Program-made: the position numbers and the translations under genes
NCBI GenBank assembly: GCA_013416795.1
Contig: RQSC01000639.1
Span: 1-21,494 of the forward strand
Length of the DNA stretch: 21,494 nt
Origin: Prasinococcaceae sp. CCMP 1430
Taxonomy: Eukaryota; Plantae; Prasinodermophyta
Reading direction: 5' to 3'
Shown: positions 1-8,549 of the stretch, piece by piece
Numbering within the stretch: the stretch's first letter is position 1
How the letters are laid out: the number at the start of each line of letters is the position of its first letter
Notes under the pieces: model-generated
Seen by the model: the letters and a program-made list of their open reading frames with translations, nothing else
Database searches by the model: none
What the model was told of the DNA's origin: nothing

Positions 1-624
1 GGGCCAGCAGGCGCGGGGCGCACAGCACCCGCGCGCGCCGCCGTGTGGCGCACCCGCGCGGCGCACCGCGCGCACACCTTCGAACCGCCTCGCCGCGCTT
101 CCCGCTCGCGGGCGTTTCCCCGCATTTCGATCGGCCCTTCCGCCGAATCCCCATCAACTTGCAAGTATCATTTCCCGCTCTGGCATTGAAAACCGCACCT
201 TCCCCGGGAACTGCCTCTCGAACGGCACCCAATTCTTCCAACGGCCGAATTTGGCTCGGAGTCAGCGTGTTTTTTTTTTGCGTCCATTTTCCGGGCCATT
301 TCCGGACCGGACGGCCACGCAGAAAAAAATTCAATGCGCGCGCGCCGGCACGTGTAGATCCCGCGGCACGTTCTCGCGGAAAAAACGCAGGCCCAGGCGT
401 TCCGGCCTTTTTGCGGGAGCGAATTTTTGGCACGCCGCTGTTTTGCTGCGCGCTGGCCGGGGGAGCGCGCCGCGCCGCCGGGGCGCCAGAGCGCGGAGCG
501 GGCGCGTGTGGCGCCTGACTCCCCTCCCCGAGGGCGCGAGCGGGCGCCGGAGCGCGCGGAGCGGGGGGATCGGGCGAGGAGGGGCCAGCAGAGAGCTCCG
601 GCTGGGGTCTTGCGGGCCAAGGTC

Positions 625-1780
625 ATGGGGTCCGCGGAGGTCGCCGCGGCGCGTGCCGGCGCCATGTTCGATGCCGTGCGCGTGCATCCGCTCGTGCTTC
701 TGGGCGTCGTCGACCACTACAACCGTGTCGCCAAGGACACGCGCAAGCGCGTCGTCGGTGTGCTGCTGGGGGAGATACGCAAGGGGCAGGTCGATGTGAC
801 CAACTCGTTTGCGGGTGAGTTGCGGGGCAGGGGCGGACGGTTGCGCATTGCATGCAGCCGCGCCGCGCGAATGTCTTGTGACGAGGCTGACCTGTTTCGA
901 CGTCGTGCGCGCCGGTCCGTCCCCACTCCATCTCTCCCCTCCCCGCCCCCGCCCCATCGCGATCGCAGTGCCGTTCGAGGAAGACGAGTCCAACAAGTCG
1001 ATCTGGTTTTTGGATCACAACTACCTGGAGGCCATGTTTGGCATGTACAAGCGAATCAACGCGAAGGAGGTGGTCGTGGGGTGGTACAGCAGTGGGCCAA
1101 AGATTAGGGAGGCCGACATGGAGATAAACGAGCTGTTCCGGCGGTACTGTGCTGATCCGGTGCTGACCATCGTGGATGTCAATCCGAGCGACGAGGGCAT
1201 CCCGACCAAGGCGTACGTGGCGGTGGAGAATGCCAGCAACGAGAGCACAGGCGGCAGCCAGCGCAGCTTCGTGCACGTGATGAGCGAGATAGGGGCCGAG
1301 GAGGCCGAGGAGATTGGCGTGGAGCACCTGCTCAGGGACGTGAAAGACTCGACGATCAGCACGCTCGCAGTGGAGGTCAGTGCGAAGCTCGGGGCGCTCA
1401 AGAGCCTGCACTCGCGGCTACAGGAGATCCGGTCGTACCTAGAGGAGGTGGTCGCGCAGAAGCTGCCCGTCAAGCACGACATCATGTATCAGCTGCAGGA
1501 CATCTTCAACATGCTGCCGAATCTGAACGTGGACGAGCTGGTGAAGTCGTTTGCTGCTCAGACGAACGACATGATGCTGGCCATCTACTTGTCTTCCATC
1601 ATTCGCTCCATCATTGCGCTGCACAACCTCATCAACAATCGCCAAGAGCTGAAGCAGTGGGAGCGCGATGCGGACGCCAAGGAGGCGGCAAAGGAGAAAA
1701 AGGACGCGGCGGACAAGGCGGAGGATGGTGCCAAGGCCGCCGACGCCGACGCGGCGAAAGATGAAGCCGCCAAGAAGTGA
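625..1780 (+). CDS. RPN8: 26S proteasome non-ATPase regulatory subunit RPN8/PSMD7 (MPN domain); exons 625-814 and 969-1780, 333 aa
   Basis: Motifs [44 protein letters not shown] and [10 protein letters not shown], with a Lys/Ala/Glu-rich tail. Intron 815-968 (GTGAGT...CGCAG) joins the two ORFs in frame to give [11 protein letters not shown]. Confidence 0.97.
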
Positions 1781-1827
1781 GCGCTCCGTAGCGGGGGCTC
1801 GCACCGGCGTGGTTCGCACGGCGCGCG

Positions 1828-1832
1828 TGTAA
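1828..1832 (+). terminator. TGTAA green-algal poly(A) signal of RPN8
   Basis: TGTAA 47 nt after the stop codon. Confidence 0.6.
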
Positions 1833-2212
1833 CAAAGCGAGCAGCTGGTGCGCTCTTGTGGCCCTGGCGTGGCGATCCTCTGGCGCTCGCGTGGCGCCCG
1901 AGCACACGCGCCGTGCCGCCATGTATACCTAGCAATCCTGCTCCGCGTCACACGAGTGTCACACACAACAAGGCCCAGTACAAACAGCGCGCCCGCGGCT
2001 GGCGTGCCGGCGGAGCGCGATCCGCAGCCGGCGGCGGCACAGCGCGCGCGGCAGGCGCGGCGTGCCCGCCGCCGAGTCATCAGCCGCCCCTGCATCCTCT
2101 CACGCCCCGGTCGCCGAGCACGGGCCTACGCATGGTGAGGGGGAGGGGGAGGGGCGCCGCCTGCGGGTGAGTGCGAGGTACCCCGGGGGGTTGGCGCTGC
2201 GCAGCCCGGCGC

Positions 2213-2932
2213 ATGGCCGCACCCGCCGCAGCGGGGGACCGGGGGCCAGGCGCAAAGAAGCTCGCGGCAGCCGCAACGCTCCGGCTGGCCGCGCCGGCGT
2301 CGCCACCCGCGCCGTCGCCCTCGGATGTGTGCGTGCGCGGGCGACCGCTGCCAGAGGCGCCAGCAGCGCGTCTGCTCCGCGCGCTGCGCGGCGTGCGCTG
2401 GCCAGATGGCCAGCGCGTCGCGCGGAAGGGCGTCCAGGTGGAGCGCTACTGCACCCTGGGGCGCAGCAGCACTCGCAGCAACGAGGCCTTCGATCCAGGC
2501 GGCCTCGTGTGGAGGGCTGTGGCGGAGTGCGTCGCCGCACTCTGCCCCTCGCTGCCCTACACACAGGTCGCCCTTGCGAAGAACTTCCGCGGCTCGCCTC
2601 ACGTCGACGCGCGCGACGTCACGTGGCAGCTCGCGCTAGCAGTTGGCACCGGCTACGCTCCCAACACGGCGCGCCTGTGCTTCGTTGACGCCGAGGGCCA
2701 GGTCACACGCGTGGACACGCTCAATCGCGCCGTGCGCTGCGACGGCCGCTTCCCGCACTGGGTAGACGAGTACGGCAGCGACGCCGGCGACGACACCGTC
2801 GAGAGGTACTCGGTGATTGTTTACTGCACGGCGAAGCCCCACGCGACTGCACCCCTGTGCCCTGTCGACCACGCGTGGCTCGCGGCCGGCGCAGCCGCGC
2901 CTCTCGATGGCGAGAAGTTTGTTACTGTATAA
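2213..2932 (+). CDS. 2OG-Fe(II) dioxygenase-fold protein, TET/JBP-like; 239 aa from ATG 2213
   Basis: KNFRGSPHVDARD (HxD at 2600-2608), a distal His in CDGRFPHWV (2756-2758) and ERYSVIVY (Arg at 2804-2806). The order and spacing fit the HxD...H...RxS signature. The start codon is uncertain because GTGAGG and GTGAGT donor-like sites lie at 2135 and 2167. Confidence 0.7.
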   Translation: MAAPAAAGDRGPGAKKLAAAATLRLAAPASPPAPSPSDVCVRGRPLPEAPAARLLRALRGVRWPDGQRVARKGVQVERYCTLGRSSTRSNEAFDPGGLVWRAVAECVAALCPSLPYTQVALAKNFRGSPHVDARDVTWQLALAVGTGYAPNTARLCFVDAEGQVTRVDTLNRAVRCDGRFPHWVDEYGSDAGDDTVERYSVIVYCTAKPHATAPLCPVDHAWLAAGAAAPLDGEKFVTV

Positions 2933-2989
2933 TTAGACTACTGTATGATACTCACTCTGCGGTCCAAGCCGAGCCATTCGTGGGCGCGC

Positions 2990-3814
2990 TCACCACGCGG
3001 GCTTGAACATGTGCGCCCACACGAGCGCCGTCTTGTTCCCCTCGTCTACCACGACATAGCAGAAGCTCTGGCGGTGCGCGCCTTCGCCTCCAACCGCAGA
3101 TGGCACCGAAAACACGCGGCTCACCACCTCGGGTGCGCCGCTGCCGTCGCGCGCGGCGCGCACACGCAGCATGCCCTTGTAGCACGCCTTCGCTGTCTCG
3201 GCGTACGGCGCCCACAAGTCCTCGTACTGATTGAGGGGCCCGCCCAGTGCTAGGTGAGACACCAATCTGAACAAGAACTCCCTCCGCTGCTCGTGTCCGA
3301 AGAGCTCGTAAAGCTCTGAGTCTTCGCACAGGAGCACCTCGCGCAGCTTGTCGCCCACAGCGAAGCCGTCCACGAAGTCTTCCATGCGCCGACATAGGCG
3401 GCTGGTCTCCGCGTTGATCGCGCCAGCGTCCTCGAGTGCGTCGAAGAAACCCATGTGCACCGCGGCGGTTGAGAGCTCTGTGAAGGCGACTTCAGCGTCT
3501 GCGGCGGGCGCGCTCGGCGGGTCCGCGCCTGCAGCCGATGCGGCATCCGCTCGCGACGCGCGCTCGCGCTTAGCTGCAGCAATGGCCTCCCAGCGCTCTC
3601 GCAGCGCGTCTGAGCGCATCAGCTGTGTGAGGAAACCCGCGGGATCATACTTGTTGAAAGCTCGGTCGTAGCGCAGCTTGATCGCCACAGCTCCTCGGTC
3701 CAGGTCCCACTTGGCCAGGTTTGCCGCGACAGCCGGCGCTGCGAACGGCTGCGGTGGGAGCGCGGCCGCGGCGCCGACCGCCGTGAAGCCGATCGCCTGG
3801 GCCGCGTCCGCCAT
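2990..3814 (-). CDS. CFAP300: Cilia- and flagella-associated protein 300 (C11orf70/DUF4498 family), dynein-arm assembly factor; 274 aa
   Basis: LAKWDL, FNKYDPAGFL, DKLREVLLCEDSELYELF, RREFLFRLVSHLALGGPLNQYED and AKACYKGMLRV match the family as I know it. ATG 3814 is in a gccATGg context. Confidence 0.88.
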   Translation of the reverse strand: MADAAQAIGFTAVGAAAALPPQPFAAPAVAANLAKWDLDRGAVAIKLRYDRAFNKYDPAGFLTQLMRSDALRERWEAIAAAKRERASRADAASAAGADPPSAPAADAEVAFTELSTAAVHMGFFDALEDAGAINAETSRLCRRMEDFVDGFAVGDKLREVLLCEDSELYELFGHEQRREFLFRLVSHLALGGPLNQYEDLWAPYAETAKACYKGMLRVRAARDGSGAPEVVSRVFSVPSAVGGEGAHRQSFCYVVVDEGNKTALVWAHMFKPAW

Positions 3815-4218
3815 GGCCTGCGCCTGTTGTGGCGGGCGGGACTCCCAGACACGGCGGTCCGCAGGTATGAGGCGAGCGCCGACGATGGGAGCGGGCGCCG
3901 AACGCCGAGCGCCTGTGGCGTCACGCGCTCCCCCGCGCACGCGCGGCCCACCGGCGGGAGCGGTCAGCGGCGAGCCCCGCTCGCCGCGTCGCGCGCTCGC
4001 GCGCCTGGGTTGGACCCCGCCCGCACGCATCGAGCTGATACCGAAGCGTTCCCCCAGCCGCGGGTCCTGTGCACTCGCGACGGGCGCAGCAGGCATCGAT
4101 CGCGTGGTTTTCGAACGCCCCGCCGCCGGCTTCGCGGCAGGGCCCCTAAAGCACGAATATTACGCATGATGAGAATGTTAAGTAGATGTACTTGTAGTGA
4201 AACGACGGTATTCAAATA

Positions 4219-4232
4219 TTTCGCGCGAAAAG
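4219..4232. promoter_or_regulatory. Palindromic double E2F-type site TTTTCGCGCGAAAA
   Basis: A perfect 14-bp palindrome with TTTCGCGC (TTTSSCGS consensus) on both strands, 109 nt upstream of the FEN1 ATG in the CFAP300/FEN1 divergent intergenic region. Confidence 0.7.
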
Positions 4233-4341
4233 GCGGCGGGTGCGGGTGCGGCGTTTTGCGCGCTGATTTGCGCGCGCGCCGACCGGCGGCACACGCGCGC
4301 ACTCGCTGCGGCGCGGCGCGGGCGGGGCGGGCGCGGACGCC

Positions 4342-5931
4342 ATGGGCATCAAGGGGCTCTCGAAGCTGGTCTCCGACTATGCGCCGGCTGCCGTCAAGGG
4401 GCAGAAGTTCGACTCGTACTTCGGGCGCAAGGTGCGGCGAGGCGACGCGGCTGCGGCGGCGGGCGCAGCGAGCGGCGAGCGCGACGCGCGGCGTGCGCGG
4501 TACGGACAGAGCGATCGAGGCACACACAGCGAGAGAGGGACACGCAGCAAGGGCAGAGAGAGCCGACCCCGGTGGCGCAGTGCGGGGTCTAGATTTGCCT
4601 CTTCTGTGCTGACCCCCGAGCTGTGCTCGGCGCGGCGCGTTGGCGCGCACGCGACGATGGCCGCCGCGCCCGCTCCGCCGCGCCACGCACGCTCTCGCCA
4701 GGTCGCAGTCGATGCCTCGATGCACATCTACCAGTTCATGGTGGTGGTGGGACGCGAGGGCACACAGACGCTCATCAACGAGGCGGGTGAGGTGACCGCA
4801 CACATCCAGGGTATGCTCACACGCACGACACGCATGCTCGAAGCGGGCATCAAACCCGTCTTCGTGTTCGACGGCAAGCCCCCCGAGGCGAAGGCCGATG
4901 AGCTCGCCAAGCGCCGCGAAAAGCGCGAGGAGGCCAACAAGGAGCTCAAGGCCGCCATTGAGGCTGGCGACCAGGAGAAGATCGAGCAGATGTCGAAGCG
5001 CACCATCCGCGTCACTAAGCAGCACAACGAGGACTGCAAGATCCTGCTCCGCCTAATGGGCGTCCCAGTGTGGGACGCTCCGAGTGAGGCCGAGGCCGAG
5101 GGCGCCGCGCTGGCCGCCGCGAACGTCGTTTATGCTGTGGCCACCGAGGACATGGACGCGCTCACGCAGGGCGCGCCCAAGCTCACCCGCCACATGTTCT
5201 CGCCGCAGTCCTCCAAGCAGGCCAAGGATGGCAAGCCAGAGGTGTCCGAGTTTTGCTTGCCCGACATACTCTCTTCCCTGGAGATCACCATGGACCAATT
5301 CATCGATCTGTGCATTCTCATGGGCTGCGACTATGCTCCCACCATCCGCAACCTTGGGCCGGTCTCGGCGCTGAAGCTCATCAAGCAGTACTCATCGACC
5401 AACACTCCCATCGATGAGATCCTCAAGGTGCGAAGCGCGTCGCGCTCATCTCGAGGACTCCAGCGGGCGGCGGGGCCATGCATACACACTGACGCACGCG
5501 GCCGCGCCCCAACCTCACGTCCACTGCGCGCGCGCGCGCGCAATGCCCGACAGGTGATCGACCGGGAGCGCTACCCCGTGCCGGAGGGCTACGAGGAGAT
5601 AGTCAAGGAGGCGCGCCGCCTGTTTAAAGCCCCTGAGGTGACCCAGCCTGGCGACATGCCCACCTTCAAGTGGACCGACCCCGACGAGGATGGCCTGATC
5701 AAATTCCTCGTCAAGGAGAAACAGTTCAACGAGGACCGTGTGAGGAGCATCATCGCGCGCATCAAGAAGGCGAAGGGCAAGAGCAAGCAAAACCGTCTTG
5801 AGGCCTTCTTTGGGGCGGCCACCTCGCACAAGTCGACCGTCGGGCCAAAGAAGGAGGAGAAGAAGGGCAAGAGGATCGGCAAGTTCGCCGCTTTCGCCGC
5901 CAGCAAGGCCAAGAAGAAGGCCAAGAAGTGA
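4342..5931 (+). CDS. FEN1: Flap endonuclease 1; exons 4342-4431, 4702-5427 and 5554-5931, 397 aa
   Basis: [65 protein letters not shown] and PIP box QNRLEAFF (5788-5811). Introns are 4432-4701 (GTGCGG..CCAG) and 5428-5553 (GTGCGA..ACAG). Confidence 0.98.
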   Translation: MGIKGLSKLVSDYAPAAVKGQKFDSYFGRKVRRGDAAAAAGAASGERDARRARYGQSDRGTHSERGTRSKGRESRPRWRSAGSRFASSVLTPELCSARRVGAHATMAAAPAPPRHARSRQVAVDASMHIYQFMVVVGREGTQTLINEAGEVTAHIQGMLTRTTRMLEAGIKPVFVFDGKPPEAKADELAKRREKREEANKELKAAIEAGDQEKIEQMSKRTIRVTKQHNEDCKILLRLMGVPVWDAPSEAEAEGAALAAANVVYAVATEDMDALTQGAPKLTRHMFSPQSSKQAKDGKPEVSEFCLPDILSSLEITMDQFIDLCILMGCDYAPTIRNLGPVSALKLIKQYSSTNTPIDEILKVRSASRSSRGLQRAAGPCIHTDARGRAPTSRPLRARARNARQVIDRERYPVPEGYEEIVKEARRLFKAPEVTQPGDMPTFKWTDPDEDGLIKFLVKEKQFNEDRVRSIIARIKKAKGKSKQNRLEAFFGAATSHKSTVGPKKEEKKGKRIGKFAAFAASKAKKKAKK

Positions 5932-6077
5932 GAGATGTGATGTATAATAATGCGCCCTCAGTCTGGCTGGCACTTCAGTTGGTTCGAGGACGGGCGGCCG
6001 CAGCTATGCGCCGCGCCACCGCGCACTCGGTCGTCAGAGCGGCGTCCCCGCGACGCAGCCGCGACAGGGGGCACACC

Positions 6078-7781
6078 TCACTTGGCATTCGCACTGCCTC
6101 GCGAGTAGGCCTCAAGCACGCGCCCAAGAGCAGTTGCCATCTGTCCGTTCCCGCCCTCTATCACAAGCTTGGGCGCCTCGCCGTCCTTGCCTGGCGCCTC
6201 GCCAGGGCCACCCTCGGCACCCACGGCGTGGCCGTTGCCGGCGCGAGCGCCTGTGCGCGACCCGGTCGAGCTCGCACCATTGCCCGGGCTGCCGGCCACA
6301 GCAGCGCCCGACCCGGATGCTGGCTGCTGTGGCGCCAGGAAGGGCCTCAGCGGAGCGCTGGTCGCCTGCGTGAGTGCCCCCGACCGGAAGTCGGGCACGG
6401 CGCGCACGAGCTCCCGCTCTAGCAACCTGTTCGACTCCTGCATCTGCACGCGTACAAACTCCCTGGTGACGCGGCAGACCTCAGTGGCGATCGTTCCGAC
6501 GTACTGGCGCAGCTGCGACTTGCACATTTCGTCGGCCGCCTTTTCGGCCTGCGCGTGCCCCACGCGAAGGTTCTTGCCCACCATATCACGAAGCGCCGCC
6601 TCGCGCTCCTCCGCGCGTTCGAGCCGCGCGCGCAGAGCCTCGAGCGCACCCTCGTGAAGCGCCCGTGCGTCGCGCGCCTCGCGTTGCTCCGCCTCGAGGT
6701 CCGCGCCCACGCGGCGCACCGTCGCACGCAGATCCTTGGACTCGGCGAGTGCCCGTGCGGCGTTGCGCGCCGCGCCGGCCGCATCTTCGTCCTTGCTCGC
6801 CGTTGCGCCATCGGCATCCTTCGCGCTGCCGCTGCCGCCAGTGCCAAGCGCCGCGCGGAGGCGCGCTACATTCGTATCGAGCGCCTCGAGGCGGCCCTGC
6901 CAGCCACCCTCCCCTGACGCGAGCCTCTCGAGCACGTCCTGAACCACGCGCGCAGCGGATGGCTGCTGCTGCTGCTGCTGCCGCTGCTGTCCCCGCCGCT
7001 CGTTGGCGCCAGCGGCGGCCGCGGCCTCGAGTGCGGCGAGCCGCTCCTCGAGCTGACGCCGTGACGCCGCCTCGCCCTCCAGCGCGCGCTCGGCGCGCTC
7101 GGCGCGGGCGCGCGCCTTGTCCGCCACCGACAGTGCCGCGTCGAGCGCAGCTTGCTGAGTCTCGAGCTGGGCGCGCAGCGCCTCGCTCTCGGCCATGGTA
7201 GCCCTGCGCGCGTCCCTGAGCTCCGCCGCTAGGTCTGAGACCCCCTCGGGTGGCTTGCGCGCAGCCTCGCGTGCGTGGCGTTCCTTGAGTACCTCCAGCT
7301 GCTGCTCACCGCTCTGCTGCGCCAGCTGCAGCTGCAAGAGCCTCGCTCCAAGTGACCGCACTGCCTTGCCTGTCGCCTCCACGGCGACCACCGGCGCGTC
7401 AGCTACCGACGCTTCGGGGGAAACCCTCCCTCGGAAGCGCACGTCGGTGAGCTGACCCGCCTGAGCCACCGCGCTGAGCTCGTTCGCCAACGAGGTGATC
7501 GCGTCTAGCCTCTCCTCGAGTCGCTGCACCGACGTGTTGCACCGCTCAACGTCGGCGCGCACGTCGTCGGACGCGCCGCCGGCCGGGGGCCCACCCCCGC
7601 GGCCGGCGGCGGCGGCGCTGCCGCCGCGCGCGCTGCTGCCATCTCCGCCTGGTTCGGCGTGCGCCACAGCCGACGCGAGCTCGGTCTCGACCACCTCCGC
7701 CACGTACGCCCGGACGCCGTCGCCACCCGTCTTGCGGTGGCGCTCGCTCACCGCGAGCCCGTGGGGCCTCCGCCCGCCCAT
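6078..7781 (-). CDS. Uncharacterised long coiled-coil protein (about 567 aa)
   Basis: Long open frame with an Ala/Glu/Arg/Leu heptad-like composition and a poly-Q run ((CTG)6 on + at 6963-6980). ATG 7781 is in a ggcATGg context. The 5' end is close to the 7819-7865 gap, and no family is recognised. Confidence 0.7.
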   Translation of the reverse strand: MGGRRPHGLAVSERHRKTGGDGVRAYVAEVVETELASAVAHAEPGGDGSSARGGSAAAAGRGGGPPAGGASDDVRADVERCNTSVQRLEERLDAITSLANELSAVAQAGQLTDVRFRGRVSPEASVADAPVVAVEATGKAVRSLGARLLQLQLAQQSGEQQLEVLKERHAREAARKPPEGVSDLAAELRDARRATMAESEALRAQLETQQAALDAALSVADKARARAERAERALEGEAASRRQLEERLAALEAAAAAGANERRGQQRQQQQQQPSAARVVQDVLERLASGEGGWQGRLEALDTNVARLRAALGTGGSGSAKDADGATASKDEDAAGAARNAARALAESKDLRATVRRVGADLEAEQREARDARALHEGALEALRARLERAEEREAALRDMVGKNLRVGHAQAEKAADEMCKSQLRQYVGTIATEVCRVTREFVRVQMQESNRLLERELVRAVPDFRSGALTQATSAPLRPFLAPQQPASGSGAAVAGSPGNGASSTGSRTGARAGNGHAVGAEGGPGEAPGKDGEAPKLVIEGGNGQMATALGRVLEAYSRGSANAK

Positions 7782-7818
7782 GCCGCGCGCTGTCGTCCGC
7801 CGCGCCCCCCGGCCACCC

Positions 7819-7865
7819 NNNNNNNNNNNNNNNNNNNNNNNNNNNNNNNNNNNNNNNNNNNNNNN
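7819..7865. other. Assembly gap (47 N)
   Basis: Run of N between two divergent start codons (7781 and 7951). Confidence 1.
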
Positions 7866-7950
7866 GGCAGCCGCGGCGGCAGCGGCGGCGGCGGCGACAT
7901 GCTCGCGCGCGTCGAGGGGCGCTGCGCTCTCGCTCGGCGAGGCTGCCGCG

Positions 7951-8307
7951 ATGGGCGCGCGAGCGGTGCGCGCGCTCGAGCTCGTGCGCTCGCCCGACCT
8001 GCGGTGTCGCAACATCATGTGCGCGTCGGCAGGCGGCCCGTGCGTGTGCCGGCTCTCGAGTGCGCTCGACAAGCTGACGTCCCTGGAGGAGCTCGACCTG
8101 CGCGACAACGACCTGCAGTCGGCCGCGCTGATGTTCGAACCGGGGCGCGGGGCGCTCGACCAGCGCGGCTCGCTGCGCTCGCTACACCTCGCCAGGGGCA
8201 ACGACGCACTCGTGGCGGACGCCGGCGGCGCTGAAGCGTACAGGGCCGCTGCCACAGCCGCGATGCCAAATCTGCGCGAGCTGGACGGCGAGCCCCTCTC
8301 CAACTAG
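7951..8307 (+). CDS. Small leucine-rich-repeat protein with LRRcap and an N-terminal Cys cluster; 118 aa
   Basis: LRR consensus LTSLEELDLRDNDL and LRSLHL, an LRRcap-like end AMPNLRELDG, and CRNIMCASAGGPCVC. A TGTAA lies 3' at 8336. Confidence 0.75.
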   Translation: MGARAVRALELVRSPDLRCRNIMCASAGGPCVCRLSSALDKLTSLEELDLRDNDLQSAALMFEPGRGALDQRGSLRSLHLARGNDALVADAGGAEAYRAAATAAMPNLRELDGEPLSN

Positions 8308-8335
8308 CTGCGGCGCAGGTCGCGGCCGCTCGAGT

Positions 8336-8340
8336 TGTAA
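8336..8340 (+). terminator. TGTAA poly(A) signal of the LRR gene
   Basis: TGTAA 28 nt after the stop codon, in an AT-richer patch. Confidence 0.6.
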
Positions 8341-8462
8341 ATTGTGTACACAACGAAGCAGAGAGCGTGGCGCGGCCCGCGCCGGCCGCGGGCGCGTTGA
8401 CTGCGCCGGCGCGAGCGCGCTGCGCATTCGAGAGTCGGTGTTCCAAAAAATCAGCCCTGCGC

Positions 8463-8467
8463 TTACA
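8463..8467 (-). terminator. TGTAA poly(A) signal of the ATP synthase subunit gene
   Basis: TTACA on the + strand, 82 nt downstream of the minus-strand stop. Confidence 0.5.
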
Positions 8468-8549
8468 TGGCAGGCCTGCGTGTCGTCACGCTCGCGCGTG
8501 TAATGTACTTCGTATCAATGCCCGCAGACCACGGTCCACAGCTCCCGCC

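Noticed and set aside
401-430. Sm-site-like GAATTTTTGG preceded by a weak hairpin with a CTTTTT loop (possible snRNA)
   Set aside because: It lacks the U5 loop GCCTTTTAC, the U1/U2/U4 5' sequences and a convincing 3' stem-loop. It is better explained as a promoter T-tract.
2132-2172. Upstream ATG with donor-like GTGAGG and GTGAGT as an extra first exon of the TET-like gene
   Set aside because: The nearby CAG acceptors I checked (2204, 2231, 2249, 2270) do not restore the reading frame with either donor. It may be a 5' UTR intron and remains unresolved.
7866-8303. N-terminal extension of the 741-aa ORF 6078-8303
   Set aside because: It is antisense to the LRR gene and continuous only because N codons are not stops.
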